Shown piece by piece: positions 15,486 to 28,299 of a DNA stretch of 64,000 bases. Where the stretch lies: the NCBI GenBank assembly GCA_964016885.1, contig OZ024741.1:93310001-93374000 (forward strand), given 5' to 3'. Made by a program: the position numbers and the translations under genes. Under the pieces are notes generated by a model, which did not search any database, was not told the origin of the DNA, and saw nothing but the letters and a program-made list of their open reading frames with translations. Position 1 is the stretch's first letter. The number at the start of each line of letters is the position of its first letter. This stretch comes from Eledone cirrhosa (taxonomy: Eukaryota).

Positions 15486-16290
15486 TTAAGATGATATCAA
15501 CTTCGAAATCCTTAACCACTGTGAGCGTTTTAGCAAAATTGATAGCTCTAAGAAGTGGTAAAATGATGGAAGAGTAGTAGTTGTTGATGTCAAATTGGAT
15601 AAAACAGCAATGTTCCTTTTTGCATATGCCATTGAACCAATCACTGTGACAGAATTATTCCACAAGGCTAGAGGGGCCATGCGTCTAATTTTGGATATAA
15701 TCCTATCTAAAATTATTTTACTAAGTCTAGCTAAATCAGACTTCGTTGGGTTAATAAGTGAATCGATGGGTTGTTAACGAAATTGGGTTTATGATCCTTC
15801 AGGGTAAAATGGGGAGAAATAGGGCCCAGAGGTTTGGTCCAGTCCTTGATGTTGAGTTCTGAAGTGATTTTAAACCCAGCATCGTTGATGTCATTAATAA
15901 CACTCCGATCGGTTTTCCCGTAATCCTTTGTTACAGCGTTATGTAGCAGTTAATGGTAAGTTCTTCTCTCCACTTGGTATACATTTCCAGTTTTATCGGA
16001 GTGAACATGCACGGCATTAGAATCTTTTATAACTTGAATTCTATTCTTCAAATAATGTTGGAAGGAATTGCTTCTGTTCCGAAATTTGATACTCCGTATG
16101 AGTTCCAATATGTCCTTTTCGAAAGGTAACAAACCTGGGTTGCTTGGTGGGTTATATGTTTTAAACCCATCCTGGTTGTCGAAAACAAAAGGCACGAATC
16201 CATTTTTTTAAATTAGTAATTTTAAGTACGTCTTCCTGCTAGGTACGAGTATATTTTTTGTAAAAATATTAAGATGTTGTTTCTGCATGT
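15486..16290 (-). mobile_element. Naiad-type PLE (family 2), N-terminal ORF fragment
   Basis: KNILVPSRKTYLKLL, GFKT..PP, FEKDILELI, SDKTGNVY, TLKDHKPNFVNNP; 15486-15780 is nearly identical to 29380-29670. Confidence 0.85.
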
Positions 16291-16399
16291 TGGTTTAAAG
16301 TCTGAAGAGTCCTCAACCGAGGGAGCCAATAATAAATGTGAAGACTAAAATCTGAACAGGGATCGATAAGGATTATATATATATATAAACCCGTAGAGC

Positions 16400-16710
16400 A
16401 AATATTTATTATAAGAACAGATTAAAGTTTAAGCAAAGAATCGCTGCTTACACCCTTGATGGGATCATCTGAAACTAAAAAAAATCAATCAGTGGACACA
16501 GAAGTAAATATTTCGAAAAACATTACAATCAAAGGTTTGTGAAGACGTTCGCTGACAATGAACGGAAAAAAGCGATGATAATTACGTCGTCATGTGGAGC
16601 ATGACAATATTTACTTCTGCGTCCACAGATTGATTTTTTAGTTTCAGAAGATCCCGTTAAGGGTGAAAGCAACGATTCTTTGCTTAAACTGTAATCTGTT
16701 ATAATAAATA
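16400..16710. repeat. Inverted repeat (~110-bp arms), probably PLE terminal repeats
   Basis: AACAGATTAAAGTTTAAGCAAAGAATCG...GAAGTAAATATT versus AATATTTACTTC...CGATTCTTTGCTTAAACTGTAATCTGTT, flanked by (TA)n. Confidence 0.85.
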
Positions 16711-16719
16711 TATATATAT

Positions 16720-17400
16720 TTATATATCCATATCCAGTTTTGGTCTTTCAGGTGCTGCGGTTGTCCCAGACTTCGAGGTAGGCAACACCAGGCAATGTCT
16801 CACAGCCGCTCTCCATGAATTTCTGTCCATAGTATCGACATAGGCCAAGTTCCATTTATACAAATCACTCTTCACGCACTCCAACCATGTCTTGCTTGGT
16901 CTGCCGCGATCTCTAGTGCCAGTAATCGCCAAGTGAGTTGATGCATGACGTGGTTCGCTGTACATGTCTATACCAACGGAAATGTGTGCGAAGGACAGCC
17001 GTAATCTCATCCACACCCGGCTTCTGGTGGAGCACGGTTAAAGGGTTTCATCTTTCAATTTGGCGCCACAGCACCACCTAATCATGGCACGATCATTTCA
17101 CCTGAGCTGTTGCAGATCTGGGGCATTTGGAGCCCGTGTCTCACCACCATGAAGCATGGCGGAGCAAACTCAAGCAGAAAACACTTTGCCACGAGCCTTG
17201 AAAGAGATGTGCCTTTTAGTGATGATGGGCAATAGCTTTCTGAATTTGCCCTATGCAACACAGCAGTGAGAAGCAACAGCACATTCACAGCCTCCACCTG
17301 CACAGATCATGTCACCCAGGTAGCAGATGGTGCCTTCCATATCGAGTAATGCCATCCACATCCACATGCGTATCAGATCGACCATCCACTGGGCGGGCGA
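16720..17400 (-). mobile_element. RTE LINE 3' fragment
   Basis: YLGDMICAGGGCE, AMLHGGET, RGRPSKTWLECVKSDL..DRNSWRAAV. Confidence 0.8.
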
Positions 17401-17579
17401 CACCTTTCTATTTTATGTTGTATAAATATGATAATACAGTACGAATGAAGAGAAGTATATTATAAATAGAAAGAAAAAAAATATATATATAATAATACAA
17501 TGCTTACAGAACGAAAGCACAGACATATAATATAAAGGAAGCGGGTGGACAACTGAGCCACCACCAGAAGAAAAGACAG

Positions 17580-18050
17580 CAGCGTCGCGAGGAGTACTGG
17601 GAAACCTCTCTAATGATTTTTGAGGCAAGCCAGCATGCCTCAAAAAGTTACCTCGGGTGATGGCAAGGCTGATGCGCCCTCGCAAGAGTCGCCAGTTACC
17701 TCTATTAGGCGAGCCACCAGTGAAGATAGGAAACTCGCAGTCAGCAGCCCGATTCCCCCGAACGTCTCGAAAGCCACCAGCTGGAAAATGTAGTTGGCCG
17801 ACAGATTCACAGTATTTTAGGGTTTTGCTCAGTTCGGCTGCGGAAGCTGTGGCTCTCACCCTAACCACAGCATCGAGAATGTGGGAAGAAGCAAAAGAGT
17901 CATAAAAATGACCGATTTCTTCTCTTTTGGTGTGGTGTCATGTTGGTCGATGAATACGAGCTGTTGGCCAATGCGTTGAGCATGTGGTGTCGCTGAAAAA
18001 GGACCAGGGTTATGATACTGATGCTTCTGTGGGTCTGCATTTGAACACGG
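17580..18050 (-). mobile_element. Second CRE-like endonuclease-domain fragment
   Basis: DSFASSHI..AAELSKTLKY, YIFQLVAFETFGGIG, RISLAITRGN across frames. Confidence 0.7.
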
Positions 18051-18499
18051 GCAAGGGGGGTCTATAATATGAACAGCTAAATTGTGGAGAAATTCATTTG
18101 ATTACTGCAGGTCTGACCCTTAGTCTGAATTATATCCACTTATGTAGTTTTTACTTTTCCAGGATTGCCAAATCGCTGCTCGAACTTGGGGCTTTGAAAA
18201 CTAACTCTTCACTGAATAAAATATATATAAATATATAATCATTATAAAGAAATGAATGAAATATATTCATACACACATAAGTGTGCATTAAGATATATCG
18301 AAACTTAAGACTAGAGATAATCTGGACTGAAAGTAAGATTACATAATTCGTTGAGTATCTTATTAAATTTAATAAAAAAATTTAAACGAAATACCTGATA
18401 ACGATCAATATATTTCCCTCATATGTATTCTCCACAAAATCAGAATAGATTTCACCAAATAATGGTGAAATTAGATATTTGGACCTCCTATCAGTAAGA

Positions 18500-18961
18500 G
18501 CCGCATTTCTCGCATCTTCGGCTGCCTGCACACCTCTCCTCACAGTGGAGCGCCAGATGGGCGGTCCTCAGTGTCGGTCTCCCACGAGGCAACGTTGATG
18601 CCTCACGGCTTTAGGTCCTTCTTGCAAACGTCTCTGAAGCGGAGTCGCGGGCGTCCGGTCGGTCGCACACCCTCTGCCAGTTCGCCGTACCGGAGGTCCT
18701 TGGGGATGCGGCCAGGATCCATTCGTTTAACATGGCTGAGCCAATGCAGGCATCTTTCTCTGAGGGTGGCAAACATGCTGTTCATCCGGGTCCGCTTCAG
18801 GACTTCTGTGTTGGGAACCTTGTCCTACCAGCGTATGTGCAGAATACATCGCAGACATCTCAGGTGGAAGCTGTCGAGTTTCTTCTCCTGCTTCGCGTAG
18901 GTGGTCCAAGCCTCACTGCTGTAGAACAGAGTGCTGAGCACACAAGCCTGGTAGATGCGCC
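18500..18961 (-). mobile_element. RTE LINE fragment, same family as 361-1610
   Basis: IYQACVLSTLFY, WLSHVKRMDPGRIPKDLRYGELAEGVRPTGRPRLRFRDVCKKD; ~95 bp shared with 370-460. Confidence 0.88.
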
Positions 18962-19290
18962 GAGTCACTAGATTCCATAGTTATATCAAAGTTTTTAGGT
19001 GTATTCTTTTGGGTCCATAATTGATCCTCAAATACAATTATGGTTTTACGCGCCACAAGGATAACATCAACTTGGGATCTAGTAAGGTTACTATTATTCA
19101 TAGCCATTATTAATGCCTTGTTTAATAGGATAGGAGAAATAGAGGTGTAGTACGAATTAATATCAAATTGGATAAATTTTTTATTTTTATTCTCATTAAT
19201 ATTATTGAACCATTTGATAACTTCACCCCGTAGATTTTTTGCCTAAATTGGGGGTTGATTCTGTCTAATATTTTTTTGCTAAGAATTATT
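18962..19290 (-). mobile_element. Naiad-type PLE (family 1) RT fragment, continuing from 26045-26676
   Basis: ILSKKILDRINPQ, FIQFDIN, ARKTII, FDITMESSDSA; joins PSKSDIGI at 26045. Confidence 0.8.
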
Positions 19291-19438
19291 AGAATTATTA
19301 GAATTCCACCTTTGATTTTGGCCTCAGATAACTTGGGGAAGAACTCAAGAAGATACTTAAAAGCGGCTGATTCTTGGTTGAGAGCCTTCACAAACTGCTT
19401 CATCAACTCCAACTTAATGTGCAATTGCGGTATGAGCA

Positions 19439-20159
19439 TATGGTAATGAAGAATCCTTGTTGGATAGTTTATCAATATAGACGTGAGGGAAAGTCCCTCG
19501 TCTATTTACCATTTTCGTAAGTGAGAGGATAGGTACTCCATAGAATTATAACAAGTGAGTGGGTGTGTGTGTAGACAAGATAATAACCACAACGAGAGTT
19601 CTATTCAACAATGTAAATAAGGATGATGTTTATTTTGTCTATTATGTGTTTGTTATATTACAAATGAAACAACATACCAATATAGACGTGATCAGTTGAA
19701 ATGAAGGCAACGTATTACAATTGTCATGGGTCACCAATGTAATGCCCACGTCTGGGTCACCAATGTGACGGGACCAGTAAAGTGAAATCAGTTATGAGCC
19801 AGTGCTCGGCCAACACTATCCTTGTGGCTTCGGCATAGGAGTTCAGTGTATTGACATCTGTGTGATCTCGTGGTCCAAAGGCTGTCTGCTGTTTCGTGGT
19901 CCAAAGGCTGTCTGCTGTTTCGTGGTACAAAGGCTGTCTGCTGTTTCGTGGTACAAAGGCCGTCTGCTGTTTCGTGGTACAAAGGCCGTCTGCTGTTTCG
20001 TGGTACAAAGGCCGTCTGCTGTTTGCTGTCTCCGTGGCTTGTCGGAGAAAGTAATACTGCTGCTTACTTAAATAGTGTTCTCAACCAGGGGGGGGGGGGA
20101 CAACTAGGCCTGGTCCATTATCCGACAGGGGGGGGGGGGGCGTAAGGCGTCTTATTACA
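19439..20159 (-). repeat. 3' LTR with expanded ~25-bp tandem array
   Basis: Near-identical to 24919-25530; about 6 copies of CGTGGT(A/C)CAAAGGCTGTCTGCTGTTT at ~19868-20020. Confidence 0.95.
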
Positions 20160-20342
20160 GTACCCCCTGCCAAATTTTCAAATCATCGAAAATCGATGTT
20201 ATTACTCACACGTGGAGTAAGATGGCGAACAATGCAACAAGGGGGAGCTATTCGCTCTACCAATCGTTAAATCCAGAATAAGGATTTGAAAAATGTTAAA
20301 AAACATGCATTCATAAAAAAAAAAATGTGCAGCTAACACAGT

Positions 20343-22091
20343 CTAAATATAGACGGTGCTGCAAAATTTTTGGGGCCAGTGGACCCTACGACGTGAACGG
20401 GTCGTGGTCTTGTAACGTGGCGATGGTGGTGGTGTAGGGACAGGCGATGATGGTGGTTCAGGAACAGGCGTTCGCTCAACAGGCAAATACGAAGGGGTTC
20501 GTGGATCAGGAACCACAGCGTCCGTGTCCAGATGTGCCTGCTTAAGCCTGTCTATTGTAACTGTCTCCCTGGACCCTTTAATATCTAGAGTGAAATGCTT
20601 AGCCGAGCGCGCTAAGACACGGTAAGGCTGTGTGAGCGGGGGCTTCATAGAATCTTTCCTTACAAAGACATGCGTCCACGAGGCAACATCCCTCGGGACA
20701 GCAGTCTTGACAGTTTGTTTCCTAGTGTCCATTGGCGGCAAATCCTGGAAATAGGAGCGCAAACGGGACTTTGTAGGAAGCGTGATCTTGGGCATCAAGA
20801 TCGATATGGGCAAGCATTTGCTTGGGCAACGTCAGGGGCATCGTACAGTACTTCGGCCGGTGAAAATCCAAAGTCGACCTTCACCATTGACCGAATCCCT
20901 AATAGCACAATAGGGAGGTACTCGCTCCAACGCGCCGAGTCCATTGAGGCCATTAAGGAGGCCTTCAGTTGTCGGTGAAAACGCTCCACCATACCATTCG
21001 AAGCGGGATGGTACGCCGTAGTTCTGATGCGTTTAGCACCAATTAATTTTGACACTTCGAGGAAACGGCTCGACTCGAACTGTCGTCCACGGTCGGTAGT
21101 TACTGTGGATGGAACTCCATAACGAGAGATCCATCCAGACACAAGAGCACACGCTGTTGTCTCAGCGGTGATGTTTTTCAAGGGGATGGCTTCAGGCCAT
21201 CTCGAAAAACGGTCAACTATAGTCAGCAGATAAGAATAACCGTCGCTGACAGGCCAAGGTCCCACTATATCAATGTGAATGTGCGAAAAACGCGCATCTG
21301 GGTTAGTAAAGGTACCCAGGGGAGCCTTGACGTGTCGATGGACCTTTGATTTCTGGCAAGCGACGCAGGAACGGCACCAAGCAGCAATTTCACGCCTCAT
21401 ATTTGGCCAGAAAAATCTAGCTGATATGAGCTTTACTGTGGCAGAAGATCCTGGATGTGAGAAACTATGTAATGCCAGAAACACGCTCCGACGATGATTC
21501 TCTGGAACGAAGAGCCTAGGCACGCCCAAAGAGACGTCGCAGAGAATTTGGCCAACTGCAGTCGACAGAGGCAAGTATTTCATCTCGCAATTCGCAAACT
21601 CAGGCGATGTAACATCCAATGACTCAAGGGGAGGCTGATCCGCAGCCAAACGAGTCAGATCTATGTCAGAGGGTGACGAGATCGCTGTCACGGGTAAGCG
21701 GGACAAAGCATCAGCCGCTGTATTCAGTGAACCCGGAATGTGTTGGATATCGTTCGTATATTGCGAGATGAAATCAAGGTACCTCGTCTCTCTGGGCGAG
21801 TATTTATCAGCCTTCACTCTCAACGCAAAAGTTAATGGTTTATGGTCAGTGAGGATAGTAAATAGTCTACCCTCTAGGTTTCACGGCTAAATAGATGGCT
21901 AAAAGCTCCCTTCCAAAGGTGCTGTAGCACATCTCAGCAGGTTTCATTTTTCTGGAAAAAAACTCCAGCGGTTGCTGGTTACCATTGATGTTTTGTTGTA
22001 GCACTGTGCCCACAGCGATATCCGATGCATCAACACAAAGCGTTAGCTTTGCACCGGGTACCGGGTGAGCCAGTAAAGAAGCATTAGCCAA
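20343..22091 (-). pseudogene. Gypsy RNase H and integrase (frameshifted)
   Basis: [60 protein letters not shown]. Confidence 0.93.
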
Positions 22092-22169
22092 AGCAGTTTT
22101 GGCGTGCTGAAAATCAGCAACTTGAGTCTCGGTTAAAGAAATGTCTGCATTCTTCTTCCGACAATTTTT

Positions 22170-23501
22170 TTAAATTTCCGTCAGGGAGAAAAGCAATCTT
22201 GCACAATTTGGCACGAAACGTCTATAAAAGTTGATCAGGCCTAAGAACTGACGTAGTGAGGTCGGTGGAGGCATATCCTCTATGACCTTAACTCGCTCAG
22301 GCCGGGGTCGAATACCGTCAGCATCGATGACGTGACACAAGAAAGTCAGTGACTCAGCACCAAAAACACATTTCAGTGCATTAATCTGCATGTTATACGC
22401 CTTCAATCGGCAGAAAAGAAGATTTAAATGGTTTGTATATTGTTCTTGAGAAGAACTAGCAATGAGCAGGTCGTCAATATATGTATAGACGAAATCGAGG
22501 CCACAAGTAACCTCATCCATAAACCGCTGAAACGTACTAGTGGCATTCCTTAATCCGAACGGCATGGTCAAAAACTCAAATGACCCAAATGGCGTAACTA
22601 TAGCCGTTTTTGGAATGTCATTTTTATGGACAGGAATTTGATGGTATGCACGAATTAAATCTAGTTTGGAGAATACCTTGCATCTCTGCAACGAAGACGC
22701 AAAGTCTTGCAGATGAGGGATAGGATAACGGTCCGGTTCCGTTATCGAATTTAAGCGTCGATAATCTCCAGTAGGTCTCCAATCGCCAGTTGCTTTCGGT
22801 ACCATGTGTAATGGGGACGCCCACGGGCTCGTGGACAGACGAATAATCCCCAACTGCAACATATGATCAAACTCTGATCGTGCTGCTTTGAGTTTGTCCG
22901 GAGGCAAGCGACGAGGACGAGAAAAAACGGGAGCACCAGTTGTAGTTATGAAGTGCTCCGTGGTATGAGTTGGCTCATCAACTCGAAAATTTCCCTGAGT
23001 CAGTTGCGGGAACGAGTTCAACAACGCATGGTAAGTATCGCCGGTGTTAGCAAGAAAAAAGGTCGGGCTAACCGTTGGAACTCCTGCTGCCTTGCCAACA
23101 ACAGAAAAACCAGTGATGTCATCAATTAGGCGTTTACGACGGAGGTCCACTGTCAATGAAAAATGGTGGAGAAAATCCGCGCCTAGAATCGGATACGGCA
23201 AGGCAGCGACAGTAAAAATCCATTTAAACTCACGCCGCAGATTACGGAACTGCAAAGGCAGCGAGATTTGTCCGAAGGTTCGAATCGGCGAACAATTTAC
23301 TGCCTGCAACTTAATAGGTGACTCAGGGGGAGTCTCCTTCATACAACACACAGGCCATATTGAACAAGCTGCACCTGTGTCAACCAGAAAGGCTCTACCT
23401 GATAGCAGGTCCTCAATAAAAAAGTGGCGGTTGGATGATGTTTCGCAGAGCGCACTATCCGCCGTTAGTGACTCTGGTCGTCGTTTCCCTTGTAAGCACA
23501 A
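22170..23501 (-). CDS. Gypsy pol: aspartic protease and reverse transcriptase
   Basis: [42 protein letters not shown]. Confidence 0.93.
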   Translation of the reverse strand: MCLQGKRRPESLTADSALCETSSNRHFFIEDLLSGRAFLVDTGAACSIWPVCCMKETPPESPIKLQAVNCSPIRTFGQISLPLQFRNLRREFKWIFTVAALPYPILGADFLHHFSLTVDLRRKRLIDDITGFSVVGKAAGVPTVSPTFFLANTGDTYHALLNSFPQLTQGNFRVDEPTHTTEHFITTTGAPVFSRPRRLPPDKLKAARSEFDHMLQLGIIRLSTSPWASPLHMVPKATGDWRPTGDYRRLNSITEPDRYPIPHLQDFASSLQRCKVFSKLDLIRAYHQIPVHKNDIPKTAIVTPFGSFEFLTMPFGLRNATSTFQRFMDEVTCGLDFVYTYIDDLLIASSSQEQYTNHLNLLFCRLKAYNMQINALKCVFGAESLTFLCHVIDADGIRPRPERVKVIEDMPPPTSLRQFLGLINFYRRFVPNCARLLFSLTEI

Positions 23502-24241
23502 GGAGGCCTACAACGGGCGGCTTTGTCACCATATTTGTCATGGTAATAACAATATGTTTGATTTGATGTTTTGGAACGGCTACGGCAGCGAGGAGTTGAA
23601 TAAGATCGTGAGCAGCTCCTCTGCCGTCCAAAAGACCTGAATTCCTGGCACAACTCCGCCATTTGACGAGTCATGGCTTCCATTGTTTTGACTAACTTCT
23701 CATCACTCGCTGATGAGCGTGATTGAGGAAGAGAAGAGGAAGCAACGTACTTTTGCTTCGAAGTGTCTCTCTTCGTCACTTCTACTATTTTGTCGGCAGA
23801 GACAGCAATGTGGTCAAGTGTGTTTACTTCTAGCATATGGGCTAAGATCGCCTGTACCTCTTGAGGTAGGCGAGAGAAGAACAATTGCTTCAGGAAAGGG
23901 CTATCCTGATCTTGGGAATCACTCAATTCCCGCAAATGCCGGAGAAAAGCGGTAGGGGTTCTGTCACCTAGTCGTTCGTCCTCGATCAATGACCGAAAAC
24001 GACTCTCTACCGATTTACAGTTCCTTCTCAAGATCTCGCCTTTTAAAGAGTCATACGTTAAGTCAGAGGGGGGGTCTGTAATTAGGTCTTGGACCGAATC
24101 TGCTAAATTAGGGGGAAGTCCGCTAATCAAGACAGCGAGGCGCTGGTCAGACTCGGTCTTACAGACCGTAAAATACGCCTGTAGCTGGGCGAACCACAGC
24201 TTAGGGTTTCCGGTAATGGCTGGCAAATGTGGCGTATTCAT
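23465..24241 (-). CDS. Gypsy gag with CHCC motif
   Basis: Likely start MNTPHLP; [39 protein letters not shown]. Confidence 0.9.
   Translation of the reverse strand: MNTPHLPAITGNPKLWFAQLQAYFTVCKTESDQRLAVLISGLPPNLADSVQDLITDPPSDLTYDSLKGEILRRNCKSVESRFRSLIEDERLGDRTPTAFLRHLRELSDSQDQDSPFLKQLFFSRLPQEVQAILAHMLEVNTLDHIAVSADKIVEVTKRDTSKQKYVASSSLPQSRSSASDEKLVKTMEAMTRQMAELCQEFRSFGRQRSCSRSYSTPRCRSRSKTSNQTYCYYHDKYGDKAARCRPPCAYKGNDDQSH
23483..23489 (-). promoter_or_regulatory. -1 ribosomal frameshift heptamer G GGA AAC
   Basis: Lies in the gag/pol overlap (gag KGND.., pol QGKRR..). Confidence 0.75.
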
Positions 24242-24399
24242 TGTGAAACGTTTAAAATAAAAAAAATATATATATAAACAGCAATTAATGTTCCCTCGTA
24301 CAGGGAAAAGTACACACCCAAAATGGAAAAAAAAAATCAAAGGTCAAAAAGAAACAGATATTCAAAACATTAGGAAATAGCAAAAATACATAAAATACA

Positions 24400-24430
<31 letters not shown>

Positions 24431-24899
24431 TTTCCTTCAACCTCTGTCCCCTTGTGTTGCTTCAACGGGCAAGCCAAATCATATAACCCGAGAAAAAGAG
24501 AAGAAAAAAAAATGTTTTAGAATATATCCACGTTGGATATCAACAATAGGTAGCCTGTGGCTAAAAATCCCTTAGAAAAAAAGTAAGGCATGTGTATCCC
24601 CAGCGGGGCAGTAATGTTCACAAAAACAGTTTTTCTCTTGATCAAATATGGAACACACACAAGCAATTCAAAATGTCTCTGTCCTGGCGGGAAAATTGCA
24701 AAACGGAGGAGAAAAGCAACGCCATATTGGAAAAATTTTTGGCTGGTTTTTTGTATACTTTGTCAATACTGTATAAACACATTATTATTTCTGTGTCTTT
24801 TTTTTTTTTTGTGTATTTTTGTAAGTTGCGAAAAGGTTGGCAACGTGGTAATAACAGTGAAATATTTAAGTTCAAATGAAAAAAAGGCTGCGTAAAATT

Positions 24900-24917
24900 C
24901 TTACGTCGGGGTTACCA
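24900..24917 (-). promoter_or_regulatory. Primer-binding site, tRNA-Trp
   Basis: TGGTAACCCCGACGT immediately after the 5' LTR; the Trp PBS consensus is TGGTGACCCCGACGT. Confidence 0.85.
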
Positions 24918-24918
24918 G

Positions 24919-25530
24919 TATGGTAATGAAGAATCCTTGTTGGATAGTTTATCAATATAGACGTGAGGGAAAGTCCCTCGTCTATTTACCATTTTCGTAA
25001 GTGAGAGGATAGGTACTCCATAGAATTATAACAAGTGAGTGGGTGTGTGTGTAGACAAGATAATAACCACAACGAGAGTTCTATTCAACAATGTAAATAA
25101 GGATGATGTTTATTTTGTCTATTATGTGTTTGTTATATTACAAATGAAACAACATACCAATATAGACGTGATCAGTTGAAATGAAGGCAACGTATTACAA
25201 TTGTCGTGGGTCACCAATGTAACGCCCACGTCTGGGTCACCAATGTGACGGGACCAGTAAAGTGAAATCAGTTATGAGCTAGTGCTCGGCCAACACTATC
25301 CTTGTGGCTTCGGCATAGGAGTTCAGTGTATTGACATCTGTGTGATCTCGTGGTCCAAAGGCTGTCTGCTGTTTCGTGGTACAAAGGCCGTCTACTGTTT
25401 GCTGTCTCCGTGGCTTGTTTGAGAAAGTAATACTGCTGCTTACTTAAATAGTGTTCTCAACCAGGGGGAGATAACTAGACCTGGTCCATTATCCGACAGG
25501 GGGGGGGGGGGCGTAAGGCGTCTTACTACA
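24919..25530 (-). repeat. 5' LTR
   Basis: TGTAGTAAGACGCC...CATTACCATA. Confidence 0.95.
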
Positions 25531-26044
25531 AGCACAATCCTGGTATCAACCAGTGGCTCCCACATGACGTTCCAGGTCCCAACTACAAATTCTGTTCGCT
25601 GCTCCCAGTTCTTTCTTTTGTAGTGGTCAGAGGTGGCTCTGCTGTCCCAAAGGCAGAGGAAGCAATGGAATTTGATAAAGCATCCTTGGAGTCCAAGCAG
25701 GAAATCCACCATCTTGAAGTCTCCAATGATTTCCCAATTGTACTGGTTGTATTGCAGAGTCCAAGAGGACTTTCACACTGTAGTAATCTTCCTTCAGGCA
25801 GACTGAATGAGCTAGAGGCAGTGTCGGGAACTTGTTTCCATTGTGGAGGCAGCCTTCAAACTTGTGGTGGAGCTGTCTATAAATCCAGCATACAAATAAT
25901 TCTAGTGAATAGCTTAGAATTTTTACAAACCCAAACTTTCAACTGTTTAATAGCACTTTTTTTTATTTATTTGGGACCTAAGCAACACAAAAAAAGTGAT
26001 TACAAGCCAGGAACAGAGAAAAAGAAATTTTTGGTTACACAGTG

Positions 26045-26676
26045 TAATTCCAATGTCAGATTTGGAAGGGAAAATTAGTCTTATAGAGGGGTTACTATTA
26101 AAGTCTTCCTTATGGTCCTTCAGAGAGAATTTTGGGGGGTTAGGGGTGTAAGGTTGTGTATATTTCTGAAGTCCTAATTTACAAACTATACTATGGCCTT
26201 CAATATTTATATCGTCTAGGTTTTTAATAGTGGTTTTCTTATAGTTCTTATGCAGTTCGTTATATATAAATTTTCTATAAGTTTCATAATCCAGGCTATA
26301 TATATTTTAATAGTAGAATTAAGGTTATTTAAGAAGGTGTTGTTTTTATTAAAATGTTTTTTGTACCTAGTGGTCTTAACTAGTTTTATTAAATCGTTTT
26401 CAAAAGAGTCTAATAAAGTGTTGTGAGCTGCTCTTTTAAAAGTTTTAAAGCCATATGAGTAAAAAAATTGGTTGCATTTTTGTTTTTATCAGTTCGGTTC
26501 CTATCATAATGGAATGTCCTCCATCTCACTCTTTTGATAAATGAATTGACAATATTAATCAACAATTTTTCATATGTATCTTTAGATGGTATTGGGATGT
26601 TCTTAATAGACATAGGAAGATAATCTTTGATCAACATACCGGTAATTTTATGTGTGTTAGCTCAACAGTAAGGAGC
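26045..26676 (-). mobile_element. Naiad-type PLE (family 1) 5' ORF fragment
   Basis: MLIKDYLPMSIKNIPIPSKDTYEKLLI..RVRWRTFHYD; LKDHKEDF; homologous to 47072 onward. Confidence 0.88.
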
Positions 26677-27715
26677 CAGGGCCGTCTTAACAGCATTATA
26701 GGTCCCTGGGCAAAGCAGAGCACTGGGGCCCCTACCTACACAACCACTCACAGGAAGAAAAATACAAATGATCAATATAATTAAAGATATATTCATTGTA
26801 TTGGTATTTCCAACGAAATCAGTGTTTATACATTAAAAACATATGGTACACAAACGTTTGAACAATATAACATGAGCTTTGAAAAACACAAAAATTTCAG
26901 CACAAATGATATTCAATTCGTAAAACATACAGACGGGGATCGAATTACGATGAACTATTTATTAATAATCAGGTAGTCAATACAAATATTTGTGAAATTT
27001 CTTTGAAGAGAATTGCTTTATAATTGGCTTGAAGTCAATGGTTTTCAGGATTTCATTTTCCATACACATGAGTGAAAGCCAGTTCAAACACTGCTGTCCC
27101 ATTGTGCTGCGAAGCTGATTTTTTATAAGTCTCAGTCTTGAAAAGGAACGTTCTCCTGCACAGTTGGTCACCATCATGCAGATGAACATTCTGAGTGCAA
27201 TTTCAACATTGGGAAACACAAATTTCAAGTTGTCCGAAATTATTTTTCTGTACAATCCTGGGAGAGTCTCACAATTTTCATCAAGAATCATGTAGTGCTT
27301 GAGATGCTTACATTCATTTAAAAGGTCATCATAATCAAGATCTTTGTGATACACATTAGCCAGATGTTCACACTTTTTGTTTAGCTCATCAAAACCAATT
27401 GTTTTCAATTCACTGAAGAAGGGAAACTGATTTCCAATCAGTGAATAGGCCTCTGCACGTTTTGTCAGTTCAGAGATTAGGGAGTCCAGAACAGGAAGGA
27501 ATGTTTCCATCTTGAACTTTTCACTGTTACTGAGAAGTACCTCTTCTTCAGGTCTGTCATATCTAGTAAAATGCTTTCATTCCCGTTTTTTTCACATTGC
27601 TATAATCTGAATCTGGACACCTACTCCTGGCTTTCAATTCGTATTCACTAAATTTGTCTCTAATTTCTTGAAGATAGGTTTTCATCGAGTCAAGAAGATT
27701 CATAGCAACAAGTAT
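26677..27715 (-). mobile_element. hAT (ZMYM1/Tip100-like) 3' portion with TIR
   Basis: TIR-like CAGGGCCGTCTTAAC; dimerisation domain FPNVEIALRMFICMMVTNCAGERSFSRLRLIKNQLRSTM (26977-27510). Confidence 0.88.
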
Positions 27716-27717
27716 GT

Positions 27718-27980
27718 TCACATCCTCTGACTGCAGGATGTGAAATTGTGGAGGAAATCCGCTCCTGAGATAGGGTATGGCAAGTCAGCGACCGTAAAAA
27801 TCCATTTAAAATCCCTAAGAAGATTTAGGAATTTGAGAGTAAGCGAGATTTGTCCGTACGTCTTTATAGGCAAGTGGTTAACGGCCTGCAGAGTAACGGA
27901 TGACTCCACAGGGGTATCTTTTAGGCAATGGACCGGCCAAATACTACAGGAGGCTCCTGTATCCACGAGGAAGGTCCTTG
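27718..27980 (-). pseudogene. Gypsy protease fragment related to the 19439-25530 element
   Basis: [38 protein letters not shown]. Confidence 0.85.
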
Positions 27981-28299
27981 ATGAAGAAATGGCGGTTTGG
28001 TGGCTTTATACTGAGGTTAGCTGCTGCCGTCAGCACACCTCTCTGGCGTTTCCTGACTTCAGGAACGAACAAGGTTGCAAAACGCTCATGGTACCAGCAT
28101 AAAGATAAAGCTGGTGACCTGCAGCAAGTGGAAAGTGAGAGCGAAGGCAGAAGTCATCTCTTCAGCTGCGGCGAGTGGAAAGTGAGAGAGAGTATGGTCT
28201 CACGCTCTCAAATATATAGTCCCCATGGGAACGTAACTCTGTTTAGCTCATGGATGTGACACTAGGGGTCTTGACCATCAGAAAGGGACGCAACTCTTA

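Larger units (their letters stand above)
19439..25530 (-). mobile_element. Full-length Gypsy LTR retrotransposon, CsRn1-like clade
   Basis: LTRs 24919-25530 and 19439-20159 (TGT...ATA), 4-bp TSD AGCA, tRNA-Trp PBS, short purine-rich tract GGCAGGGGG before the 3' LTR, CHCC gag, PR-RT-RH-IN order. Confidence 0.96.
19290..26044 (-). mobile_element. Chapaev3-like (CMC) DNA transposon remnant, split by Gypsy (parts 19290-19438 and 25531-26044)
   Basis: 5' end CACTGTGTAACC at 26044 next to TAA; GDFKMVDFLLGLQG..HCFLCLWDSRA; LHIKLELMKQFVKAL..FPKLSEAKIKGGI. Confidence 0.78.

Noticed and set aside
16302-16345. Hammerhead at CTGAAGAGTCCTC
   Set aside because: No GAAA after the stem and no stem III or cleavage triplet.
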